Shown here piece by piece: positions 13,243 to 25,310 of a DNA stretch of 64,000 bases. The translations under genes were made by a program, and so were the position numbers. Source of the DNA: Eledone cirrhosa. Taxonomy: Eukaryota. The stretch lies in the NCBI GenBank assembly GCA_964016885.1, contig OZ024758.1, forward strand, positions 10,788,001 to 10,852,000, given 5' to 3'. Within the stretch, counting starts at the first letter, position 1. Every line of letters begins with the position of its first letter. The notes under the pieces are model-generated. The model saw nothing but the letters and a program-made list of their open reading frames with translations. It was not told the origin of the DNA and made no database searches.

Positions 13243-14310
13243 TAAGTATTGGATCAACCTGATCGATAACACAAACTTGCGTAGCATACATACTCTTCAA
13301 TTGTAAGACTGTACCATTTTTTAAAGTTTTGCTTATGTTTTGCCTGAGGCATCAGATATCACAACCCACCTTCTCCAATTATCTATTACCCTCCTCTTTC
13401 TTCTCCCCCTTTAAATCCTCCATCATTTAGACCTTCTTACATTACATCTCTCTATAACGTTCCTCTATATTCTCTCTAAACTGATATTTATTTTATTAAA
13501 CTCCTGGTTATACAAAATGAATGAAAGTTACCGTTAAGAGTGGAACTCAGATATAAAAAGACAAATAACAAACACAAAGCACTTTTTTCGGGGGAGGGGG
13601 ATTATTTACCAATTTTGCTCTCTAGCACCGCTAGTTTTGTAATGGAAACTTCTTAAAAGGTAATAGTTAAATATGATGTACCCAATAGGTTAATCTAGAT
13701 TAGGGTATATTCAAGTGTATAGTCGATTATTTTTACTGTCAACATTTGACTGAAAGACAGTCAACATCGGATAGATTTGAATTCAGAACATTAAAGTAAC
13801 AACAAAATAAAAAAAAAATGTATTTTTTGTTTGACATTATAGCAAGTCTACCATCCAACGTTCTATCTCTGATAGTTCTCAAAATTATTTTTTATCATCA
13901 TCCATGTTGTTGGGCGTCTTTATTGAGCAGTCCACTTTGTGATGAAAAAAACATTCCACGTGTGTTCACCCTTGCTTTATGTATAGCAGAGAGTACTTTG
14001 CCCCCCAAAGATAAAGTGAGAGACTCTTATAGTTCATATGTTTGTATTTATTGTCAATACTGACAATATGACCCTCCCCAAATATAACAATATTGTTTAA
14101 TTTCTTTTCTTAAAAACCTAGGATGTGATTTAACTTTTGAAACTTCGCTCAACCACGGGCTACTTCACTGTTGACTCGAAGACATTAAATGTTATAAAAT
14201 AGTTTATAATATCAGACGTGTCAACTCTCTCCATCCGACGTGGAGATCTCCCACCCACTTTGGGGTGAGTGAGAGATCTCTTCTCTTGTGAACACGGGTA
14301 TAGCTTTCAT

Positions 14311-14496
14311 CGGTAGATTGGCAGTATCGGTAGAGGGTCGGACGCCATGCTTTCCAGCATAGTTACGTCCCTTTACGGTCTGAGTTCAAATCTCGTCGAG
14401 GTTGACTTTGCCTTTCATCTTTACGGGGTCTATAAAATAAAGTACCAGTAATGCACTGGGTAATTGCTGGCCTTGTGCCTAAAGTAGAAACAATTA
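14311..14496 (+). mobile_element. Main SINE
   Basis: Consensus match with A and B boxes. Confidence 0.92.
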
Positions 14497-14706
14497 TGTA
14501 AAAATCCCATTTTGCTTCATTTCTCCCCATTTCGACGCCCTATTTTTCATGGTACTCCTCGTTTGGCAGGTCTGTAATACTGGCCGGCAAACACAACTTT
14601 CGGAGATATGGTGACACCTTAACAGCCCTGACTTTACATACTTTATATAAATAAATCATTAACAACTCGTAAATAAAATATAACTAACAGCATAGTTTAA
14701 ATATGT

Positions 14707-14897
14707 AATAATTGTTTCTACTTTAGGCACAAGGCCAGCAATTACTCAGTGCATTACTGGTACTTTATTTTATCGACCCCGTAAGGATGAAAGGCAAAGT
14801 AAACCTCGGCAGGATTTGAACTCAGACCGTAAAGGGACGTAACTATGCTGGAAAGCATGGCGTCCGACCCTCTACCGATACTGCCAATCCACCACCC
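14707..14897 (-). mobile_element. Main SINE, inverted relative to 14311-14496
   Basis: Consensus match; imperfect TSD tttaaatatgt(tt)aataat. Confidence 0.92.
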
Positions 14898-15032
14898 TTT
14901 TAAATATGTTTAATAATGTTATCTCTAGAGTTCTGGGACTTCTCTCGATATAATTCAAAGTTTTGGAAAGAATAGTTCCGTGGTAGCTTACAACGAAGCT
15001 ATCCACTGGCAGAATTAGAAGAGAAATAGAAA

Positions 15033-15093
<61 letters not shown>

Positions 15094-16311
15094 ACAACTG
15101 ATACGGGCCAACCAAAAACCACTGGCTGCAATAAAAGCTGTCACAGAGTTTTTTAATCAATAAAACCGATTCACATTTATTTATGCTGTTGTTAGTGCTG
15201 CTGTTAAGTTACCGCTACTATTGTTGTTTGTAGTATTTCATGATTATTACTAGCAGGCTGCTTGCTTTACTCAAACGTTATTTAGCTGGAATCTGTTTGC
15301 GACGTATGATTCGGATAGACAGACGGTGGTAGTGTGAATTCGAAGAAAAACACTTTGTAACACAGCTTGTGAAAACTAAGTTCTTTTTAGCCTCTCATTT
15401 TATCTTTCTTTATTTCTTCTCCACTTTTTCCGTTCAGTTTAATTTTTTTTTTTAAGTGTATATCTACTTTGTGATACACAATTAAGTTAAGTTGCAATGT
15501 TCCCATATACACTCATAGAAATATACTCTTGTATTTAAAATCAAAATTGGCGTAGAATTTATTTTACAAGGTAAATACATTAATATTTATTTTTGCTATT
15601 CATTTCATCATTATTATAGAAACCTTTATCACTATCACCATAATTAATATTATTATTATTACTATCATTATTATAGAGTTGCCCAACAATAAGTTTCGAA
15701 AGATTTTTGTTAACTAAATAGCAAAAAAAAAAATATAATACAACAATGTCCACTGATTAACAATATAATAAATTAGGAAAATTGATTAAAATTTATCAGT
15801 GTTATTTTCAACATCATATATTTTATTTTATGTATGACTGTTTTAAATAATTGTATATCATATTTAGATACATATACCCTAATTTAATATTATATATACC
15901 TACATATATAACACAACTGCAACAGCTTAAGTATAATGAAACAATGACAAGTTACTGAGGAAGGAGAAAGAGATACAACTGCAGGAAGAGAAACTTGAAA
16001 CTTTTTACAGTCCCATAAATGAGATGAGACTACTCTACATTCTAGTGGATTATTTAACTTGAAGTATATAAGAAAATATTTTAAACTGTTGATTATTAAA
16101 ATGTGATTGTTTCGTTTCGAACAACAACGGTTGCTTTATCAGGACAAAAATGATAAAAAAAACAATGATAAAAATCTAAAATATCAACTGATGCAATTTC
16201 CGTAAAATATTAAGTTGGGACATTTTAAGGAATTCCGCGATTAATGCTAGTAATTACTTTTAGTGTGAGAGGCTTTCCTTCACTTAAATCTTATTGAATC
16301 TGTGAGCAACT

Positions 16312-16368
<57 letters not shown>

Positions 16369-16590
16369 CACACACACACAATATCTTCGATAATAACCAA
16401 TATTGTAAAAAAGACGCACAAATCACGGATAAACACGAAAAAGAAATAAGGAAAAACAAACACATTATAGGTAGTGAAACCCTAGGCCGAAAAGTGGAGC
16501 TTGGATGGATAAGTACGTGTTTCGGCCGAGAGATGGGGTCGACCCCGAGTTCGCCGAGTTCAAGCGAAGAACCAGAGGGAGATAAATTTT

Positions 16591-17180
16591 GGGTACCACC
16601 AAATGTTGCTCAAAGGAAAAGGGCCCAGAGTTTGGTGCCGTTTACTCTGCACAGGAGCAGCATTGACGGTAAGTAATACATTCCCTTATTATACTTTTGG
16701 AAATACCTTTTATTTATTTAAAGGCAGCCACAAGGCAGATGACAATAAATAACTATTGAATAGGTCGGGTAACTTATCTTTGTTAACGGGGGAAAAAGTA
16801 GAACAGAATCGTCTGCTGGAATCAAACCAAACATCTATCATATACTAGATGACACGAAGGGTATTTTACTATTCCATTTACTCAGAATATATTTCGTTTC
16901 ATGTAGAGAGTAGCTTAAAGTTTCCAGTTGTTGTCTTCCTGTTTCTTCTACAACAACTACAACGGTACGCGATGGGGCCCACCCACAGCCCCAGCGGACA
17001 GAATGGAGAAGTCGTTTCCCCAGTGGACCGCAAGGGAGACGTACCTGGAAAAGCCACACCAACTCGCGGGGCTCACACCTGCGGCTCGCCAGTTCAGCGC
17101 CTAAGGTGGTGAGTAAGGAGGTAGCCCTGGGGCCGAGACTTTAACGAAGTAGAATTATTCGTCAGTCAGGACTTAAAACA
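16591..17180 (-). mobile_element. Candidate LTR with PBS-like sequence
   Basis: GC-elevated island; minus strand TGTT(17180)...AATAAA(~16710)...AACA(16604) then TT and TGGTGGTACCC, followed by a pyrimidine-rich leader. Confidence 0.3.
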
Positions 17181-17347
17181 TACAGTCTATATTGTATTAT
17201 ACGAGGGATTCTCTGAAGCTGAAGAACTATACACACTGTTGTATGACAAAAATATTCCGTATCTACCACGTATATATATAAACTGTTTCAAGCATTGCGT
17301 TAGAACAACGGGAATGTTGAAAGTTTTCAGTATTGTTGTACTTTATA

Positions 17348-17410
<63 letters not shown>

Positions 17411-17561
17411 CAATAACAGAGAAAGCTTTAAGCTAAACTCTGACTGGTAACCATCTCACTCAACAAACATTAGGATATACGTTAGTATAATCCCAATTTT
17501 GTGTTTGGGGTGCTAACTATATGTATTTTGTGGAAAGCCAGTTGTATTTTATATGAGATAT

Positions 17562-17592
<31 letters not shown>

Positions 17593-17695
17593 TATATATA
17601 TATATATATTATAGATATACATATGTACGGACATGTACACATATATTATGTACATACTGCCAGCATGCACTATATATATATATATATATATATAT

Positions 17696-17889
17696 AAGTT
17701 TTAATATAGATGAGATTCTACAGGACTAGAACTGTTTCATTCTTTAGAAATCATCAGGATTCCTGATGATTTCTAAAGAATGAAACAGTTCTAGTCCTGT
17801 AGAATCTCATCTATATTAAAACTTTTATACTCTGCAATGTATTGAGTACCTTACTTACTGCGGTTACCTCCGATTCAACCCGGAATAAC

Positions 17890-17890
<1 letters not shown>
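17696..17890 (+). mobile_element. TA-embedded fold-back element (family B): 129-bp palindrome plus tail
   Basis: Perfect 64-bp arms 17696-17759 / 17761-17824; tail contains gtattgagtac also found in family A; (TA)n both sides. Confidence 0.8.
17758..17806 (+). ncRNA. Minimal type-I hammerhead ribozyme
   Basis: GATTC-CTGATGA-TTTCTAAAGAAT-GAAA-CAG(TTCTAGTC)CTG-T-A-GAATC: stem I GATTC/GAATC, short stem II with a U.U closing mismatch, stem III ACAG/CTGT, GUA cleavage triplet. Confidence 0.75.
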
Positions 17891-17951
<61 letters not shown>

Positions 17952-17992
17952 AGTATGTATACGTAGAAATGAAATTTCGTTTTATTTTTTTC

Positions 17993-18048
<56 letters not shown>

Positions 18049-18458
18049 ATACCCTTTATTGTGATACTACGTCACATGCCACATCTAACAGCTATAGAGC
18101 GATGATATAAAAGTATTTATTTACATGAACATTTCGTATATAATTCAATATACAACCCCAGTCATATATATACATATATACACACCAGTTTATCGTAATA
18201 CTACAGTCGAGTCAAGCTTCCTTACCCCTCCCAGTGAGTTGCCGCTATGGTAAACACCACGGAGCCGTGCGCCGGCTATACAACACATTAGTTTCTCAGA
18301 AGCAGGACTACAATAACATATGTACAAAGACATAATTTGGTCGTCCATGCGTAGGTTGTTTGTGTATACTGGAGGTGGGGAAAAGAGACGACACTGAATA
18401 AAGATAGACATTTACATACAATAAAAGAAACAATTGCATACAAAAAGAAACTCGTTTC

Positions 18459-18492
<34 letters not shown>

Positions 18493-18595
18493 TATACACA
18501 CACACATACGTACTTCTAACTCCCACGCTTACACAAACATGCCAATAATATGTTGAAAAATGTATTCATAATACATATTTACTCTCTCTCACTCA

Positions 18596-18658
<63 letters not shown>

Positions 18659-18666
18659 TATATATA

Positions 18667-18750
18667 CAGGGTGTCCCCTAAAATGTATACACAATATTAT
18701 TTGAATGCTGTTGAAGTGTGTATGTGTATATCTTTTTTGTGGACACCCTA
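18667..18750. mobile_element. Tc1/mariner-type MITE
   Basis: TA-CAGGGTGTCC ... GGACACCCT termini; related copy at 37922-38018. Confidence 0.6.
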
Positions 18751-19237
18751 AAATATATTTTCCGTGCTATTTCCAACTTCACCTTTTCTCTATAACCCCT
18801 GTTTTGTATAGAACCTTACTCCCCATTTCTAATATATCTATATATTAGAGAGAGAGAGATGCGTGAAATGATAATCCCAATCCTTTATTGTAGAACACAA
18901 GATACAAATATATTGATCAAGTAGAAGTTTTTAAAGTTATCTTTCTTTTGTTATAAATTATAACCATTCTGAGATTGGGCGGCAGTTTTTGCTGATTTGT
19001 CATGTCGAGTTGTTTTATTCTTTAAATATTTTACTGGTTTCAATCCTTGGACTGAGGTTATTCTAAGGCGATGTCTGGTACAAATCCGACCCCGGATTTG
19101 TGGGACTGCTAAGTTACGGGACATAAGTGCATACCCACAAACGTAAACATATACGCACGCACGTATGTATGTATGTATGTATGTATGTATGTATGTATGT
19201 ATGTATGTATGTATGTATGTATGTATGTATGTATGTC

Positions 19238-20380
19238 AGGTCACCAGTTGGTGCTACTGGTAACATGTATCCCAGTACAACCTATCTCATGGTCGGGTCG
19301 TTGGCGACTAAACTGGCAACCCCACCAAGGTTTCTTGGTGAGGAGGGTGACTTTGGACATCCTGCAGGACTAAAAACAAAACCTGTCAAAGGGCAAGGGA
19401 GCTCTTAAGAGTCAATGGCCATCCAAAATCACCGGGAGAGATGACCCCTTAGCCTTTGTCAAGGCAGAATTCTAGGAGAAGGAAAACTCTGATATAACAC
19501 CTGCAACCCTGATGGTATCTAATGATGTTGACTTGTTCTTCTTTTTGGTAAATATCATCTTGGTTAAGAGAGTGGGACTGGCTTTGTGCAGTGTCTTTGC
19601 TCACTATAAAAGCTTCACGGCACAGGCATTGCTTTATATCTGGAGATCTCTCTGCACTTGTCATCACATGGTGCCATGGGCCCTGCACTATGTGTCAATA
19701 ATGGTCACAAGTGTAGTCTTTGTACTAGAGTTTTCAAGTCGCTGGCTGGACTAAAAAGTCACACTCGTTCAGCGCATCGGTAGGGGTTCTCCTACATGGG
19801 TATAAAGTAGTGGCCGTACTCGAAAACGAGTTGGCAGCCACCATATATGTATGTATGTATGAGAGTACACAAGAACAGGAAAGCAGGCACCTGTGGAGCT
19901 ATAAGTGTTCATCAGACGACGACATGTGATGTTTGTGGAAGGGTATGCAGGTCGAGTAGTGATCTCACACGACACCTTGGGTCACATGGTACCATGGGCC
20001 CAGCACTATATGTCAGTGGTTGTCACAAGTGTAGTGTTTGTACCAGAGTTTTCAAGTCACTGGCTGGACTAAAAAGTCACACTCGTTCAGCGTATCGGTA
20101 GGGGTTCTCCTACATGGATATAAAGTAGTGGCCGTACTCGAAAATGAGTTGGCAGCCACCATGTATGTATGTATGTATGTATGTATGTATGTATGTATGT
20201 ATGTATGGTACCAAAGGCAAAGCACTATGTGTCAATAATTGTCACAAGTGTAGTGTTTGTACCAGAGTTTTCAAGTCGCTGGCTGGACTAAAAAGTCACA
20301 CTCGTTCAGCGCATCGGTAGGGGTTCTCCTACATGGATATAAAGTAGTGGCCGTACTCGAAAACGAGTTGGCAGCCACCA
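19238..20380 (+). mobile_element. Internally deleted RTE-like element: 5' UTR plus three tandem 3' ends with C2H2 zinc-finger coding and (TATG)n tails
   Basis: 5' UTR motif ctaggagaaggaaaactctga; CDVCGRVC...LTRH...CSVCTRVFKSLAGLKSH; the tail ttggcagccacca-(tatg)n ends at ~19843, ~20160 and ~20380. Confidence 0.7.
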
Positions 20381-20659
20381 TGTGTGTATGTATATGTGTG
20401 CGCGCGTGTGTATATGCGAAGGGTCTCTTTCAGTATTTGTATGTATGTATGTATGTATGAAACCAAGCGTAAACCTAATATAACTGTGTAAATTTGCCTC
20501 CTGTGTTTTGTTAGTTTCATTTATTAACTATGTATATATATACATATATATATATATTTATATATAAGAGATGATGATGATCGCGCTTAGGGTTAAAGCA
20601 GAAATCTTTTGTTTAAACTAATAATAAATAGATTAAATATATGCATATCATATATATAT

Positions 20660-20815
20660 ACGGTTTCTGCAATTTCCGTCTATCAAACTCCACTCAAGAA
20701 ACATTATTGACACAGACATAAAGTATAAGTCACTTGCTCTAACTTCCTTACTACAAGACTGGAGCCAGAAACATGAAATTCTGAAATAAACTACTTAACT
20801 ACACGACCATGCCTG
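20660..20815 (-). mobile_element. Decayed older tRNA-SINE
   Basis: tttccgtctatcaaactccactca...cacttgc...ctacttaactacacgaccatgcctg resembles a recalled cephalopod SINE consensus. Confidence 0.45.
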
Positions 20816-21298
20816 AACATATAATGGAAATAATAAGCTATAAGAGAACAATATAACATATAGAAGCATTTAATATGCAACATCATGCGAAAGTATAATA
20901 CTTAGTGACTAAACACGTGTCTCTTAAGATAAGGGTATGAATCGGCATTATAATGAAATCCAACTGAATTGTGTCGGGCACTCAAGATTAACATTTAGGG
21001 TTTGTAAACTAACATAAATATTGCTATATCGATTGTGTAAATGGCACTCACATACAGAGAGAGAAAAACCCACGTACACAAGGATATATATATATATATG
21101 GATGTATATATAATGTATTTTGCAATACACTTTATGCTTAATTAAAAGCATTTTGAAGACCGTAAGCTATTGTTTTAAAGTAGTGACAAATTCACTCACT
21201 TTGATCTCAGCATATATATTGCTATTTCAGAGCTCCAATTCTAATTTTTAATATATATATATATTATAAGATCAAAAGATGGTTAAATGAGTTCCATG

Positions 21299-21369
21299 TA
21301 TTTTATTATGCGCATTTCAAAAACAAATATCATCATGCAATAACATTTGTGTTTTCATCAGATAAAATA
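21299..21369 (-). ncRNA. Minimal type-I hammerhead ribozyme
   Basis: Minus strand TATTTTAT-CTGATGA-[AAACACAAATGTTATT GCAT GATGATATTTGTTTTT]-GAAA-TGCGCA-T-A-ATAAAATA: 8-bp stem I, long stem II, palindromic loop III. Confidence 0.8.
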
Positions 21370-21564
21370 GGAGGACATGATATGAAGGTTAAAAACACTT
21401 GTGGATAGTGCAGTTTTAAATCAACATATGAAAAGTATTTATTAAAATAAGATTAACAATATTTATTAAAATAACAGATTAAAGTTTAAGCAAAGAATCG
21501 CTGCTTTCACCCTTAACGGGATCTTCTGAAACTAACAAAGTCAATCTGTCAAATTTATTATTAT

Positions 21565-21613
<49 letters not shown>

Positions 21614-22501
21614 TTACTTCATAATACGTATATTTCCAAATTTCTGGTCAGATTTTTTGCGCTATAAATGTAGGTGGTAGGTAACTGTTAGAGTACAATC
21701 TAAGATTGGGTTGGATGGTCATGGCTGGAGACCAAAATCCAAGATATGGAAAATCGAAAAGTGGCTTCGATAGAGTGGAAGAGACAAAGAGCTAGAATGA
21801 AATGATAGACAAAGAATGAGAGAGGTGAAACTAAGTAATGGTAATATTATCGGACAGTGACGTTAAAGATTTGACAATGTAATAATACAGTGGTGTCAAA
21901 AAGATGGCGTGTGATTACTTATAAATGGAAGACATGGAATAGTTTTGTGTGAGACTTTCTCTTATTCTTGTCAGTTTATTTGAAACAAGACGCTTCTAAA
22001 TGGTTCTCTAATATTAAAAATTGTATTAGACATATACCAACATGTTCAGGGAGGCGTGATTGGACGCAAAATGATTAACAGCTTATACAAGATCCCAGTT
22101 AGATGGACAATTCAATACACGATTTCCAGAAACTGTAACAAAACGCTGGCTGACTCATCGCCTATTGAATATATTTTTCTCTCATAGATGGTCGTCAGGG
22201 GAAGGCTTAGAATTATGATGGAGCCAAAATATAAATGAATACCTAATGTTCTATAATGTCGAAAATCCTGGAGAAAGCTAGTTTTGTCAAATTATCTCGA
22301 TGATGTGGCTAAATAAGTGTATTTTATTTAACTACTTGTACGTTTTAATAATTTAATAAAACGTTTGCATCAAAACCTATTATTTTCTTTTTGTGCATAA
22401 ATACACATATAAATAAAATGGATACATACACACAAGTATCCTATCTTATCCTTTCCCCGATCGTCCAGTGGGATGCCCTAATATATATATATATATAAAT
22501 A

Positions 22502-22610
22502 TATTGTTATATTTGGGGAGGGTCATATTTGCGTAATATTGCCAGAATTAATAACAGAACACACTCACTGTTTGGTTGGTTTTCGCTTCTCGCTGTCTTT
22601 TATATATCTG
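22502..22610 (+). mobile_element. Solo end of the TTGTTATA MITE family (also 11464-11510 + and 14064-14093 -)
   Basis: tattgttata(c/t)ttgg(g)gagggtcat motif; complete two-ended copy at 60940-61085. Confidence 0.6.
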
Positions 22611-23373
22611 TATTATGTGTATATATCGATTATCATACATAAAATACGTTTCGTCAGTTCATAAAGTATAGTGAGATATTTATCGGTATATTATATTTAG
22701 TGAATATAGTGTAATTGAAATATATCCAGAAAATCACTGGATCAGACGATAAAACATCATCTTTCAATGAGAATGTCCTTAACGATTTGTTATGAAATTC
22801 TGTTTTTTCTGGCGATATCATATCTTTTGATCATCCGATCATACATGATTATAGTGAGGGAACATAATTCATTACATATTAATATTGATTCTTAAGGGTG
22901 TGTAATATATATATAAATATATATACATATATTACACACACACACACATATATATATATATATGCACACGCACACATATTATAAGGATAGTTGACATTAT
23001 ACACACACACACACACCACACACACAAAGAAAAAACGAAGTTTCACTGAATTATATACTTTATTCTCAAAAACAAGATGGTGTAGGACAGCAAAGGAGAG
23101 GCAGAAAATAAAAGCCATTTGATTCAACAACAAAATCCTAACACACAGATCGCCAAATGTTAACCAGGAAAAACTCCTGTGACTGTTTGACCTGTGAGAA
23201 ATAGCAGCCAAATCTCCCTCAAGCTTAAAAAAAGGGGGAAATTCTTCAATGTTCGTAAAAAAATAAATATATATACGATGATAGATTTATAACTGGATCG
23301 CTCTTGATAATATTACTTGTGTTCGATCAGTTGTTGACCAGAAGCCGGATAATAATATACATCCACATATATG

Positions 23374-23426
<53 letters not shown>

Positions 23427-23491
23427 GATTATTTAATATATTTTATTTATTATTATGTATATATAATATATATATATATATATATTATATG

Positions 23492-23626
23492 ATTATTTCT
23501 GAAGACAGCATATATGTGATGGTATATATATTCTCCTTGATAGTTTGTATAATTTTGTACATAGATCTTTTGAATATGCATGCCAATTCTAACACATATA
23601 TGTCCTAGAAACGATCGTAAAATAAT
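23492..23626 (+). ncRNA. Minimal type-I hammerhead ribozyme with extended stem II
   Basis: ATTATTT-CTGAAGA-CAGCATATATGTG...CACATATATGTCCTA-GAAA-CGATCG-T-A-AAATAAT: 7-bp stem I, palindromic CGATCG, GUA triplet; base of stem II imperfect. Confidence 0.7.
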
Positions 23627-23691
23627 GAACTTTTTTTGTTTAATATAAGGAACTGTTTCTTTGTTTTATTCATTATTTTTTTAATATTTTA

Positions 23692-23732
<41 letters not shown>

Positions 23733-24189
23733 TGCATCATTTATCACTTACAATAATTGGATCTATTACATATTCTATCCATATCGATTATTGTATAATA
23801 ATAATAATGACTTAGGGGAATTATATAGGTAGACATATGTTTACACTCTGTAATATTAATAGTAATAGATATCCCGTGATAATGAATAAAAAATATTTTC
23901 ATTTTTCATATTGTTACAAATCACTAAGTATGTTAAGAAGTGATATATTCCATGAAACCGACCGACTGGAAAATTATTACTAACGACTCTACAAGACATT
24001 CGATATCAAAATATCAGGGGAAAAGATCGATAGAATTTTCATATATATAAATGAATAAAACGTCTGGATATTTTCTTTAAATTAAGATTCAAAATATTTC
24101 ATACTTCTTTTGAAAATATCTTCTCTGATTCAACATTCCACGTATATATAAACGAAGCGAAAGGAGAAAGAAGTATTAAGCCTAACTAT

Positions 24190-24900
24190 TTCGAGTATTA
24201 GGTTTTTGTATGTGAAATTCTGACCGCAGTTGTTCTCTTGGCATGTGTGGATTTGTGGTTGGATTTCAGAATTGTTTATGTTAATAGAAGTCATCATGGT
24301 ATTTTTATATCTCCATTGAGAACTTACAGGTACAGATGGATACAATACTCCCGATAGCCGAATATATATTGTACATTCATGTTTAAGTTTGGTGCTTCTC
24401 TCTCCTGACATTTTTGATTCTATCACATTCTGAATGATATTACCATTGAAGGTTTCTACTTTTGGTATAGTACAATGAAAAACATTCTCCTTTCCTCTAG
24501 TCTAGCCACGCTAAAACCTAATTAAACCCCATTTTCTCACTTCAGACTTTCCACCAGAATTTGTCTCTATCATCCCGTCAAGGCGCCTCATTGATTTTCA
24601 TCGGCTGTCCTTTCCTATCTCTGTAGATCACTGATTGATTTTAACAGTATTTTCTGCTATTTCTTTTTCAGTTAATCTTTTCTGATGGAGTGTCTTGTTG
24701 ATAGCTTCTAACTCCTGTCTGAGTGTGATAAATCTATTTTCGTGTCTTTTTGTTACACCTCCAGGTTCATGTTGGTGTGAGGTGTAGCTATTTGTTTATA
24801 TTTGATAAATTTCGCTACATATCCCATAGTTGTTTTAGATCAACGGTTTTACCAGTTTTCCAAATCGTTGCTGGTATTATCTAAGTGAATTTCTTTAGAA
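24190..24900 (-). mobile_element. Decayed non-LTR (R4/Dong-like) coding relic upstream of and into the RT
   Basis: Broken-frame fragments KFWWKV*SEKMGFN*VLAWLD and CGQNFTYKN; multiple stops. Confidence 0.4.
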
Positions 24901-25213
24901 TCCTCAAGACACACCATTAACAAATGCGATGCAGAAAAAATTTATAAACTTGGGACTATTTGCCAAATGATGATTCATTATTCTATTGCAAATATTCACT
25001 CCTATATTGTTAATCACCAGTGGGTCTCCTATCAATTCTAATCAAGTATGGTTTGTCTTCCTTATAAAAGAAATATTTTTTTTCTCGAACATGTTTACTA
25101 AGAGTACATTCCTCTCCGATTATAGTACATTTTCCTATCGTATAAGCTGCTATAAGCTCTTGTATCTTGATGTGGATGGTCAGCGTTATCAGGAACTATT
25201 ATGGTAGCAGTCG

Positions 25214-25310
25214 TACCGAGGTTGACTTTGCCTTTCATCCTTACGGGGTCGATAAAATAAAGTACCAGTAATGCACTGGGTAATTGCTGGCCTTGTGCCT
25301 AAAGTAGAAA
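25214..25310 (+). mobile_element. 5'-truncated main SINE with 20-bp TSD
   Basis: TSD aactattatggtagcagtcg at 25194-25213 and 25309-25328. Confidence 0.9.

Noticed and set aside
14311-14400. tRNA gene
   Set aside because: A and B boxes present but no cloverleaf or acceptor stem; it is the head of a multicopy SINE
19847-20101. Host C2H2 zinc-finger gene
   Set aside because: No TGEKP linkers, starts in a microsatellite, triplicated with (TATG)n tails; fits an RTE C-terminus better
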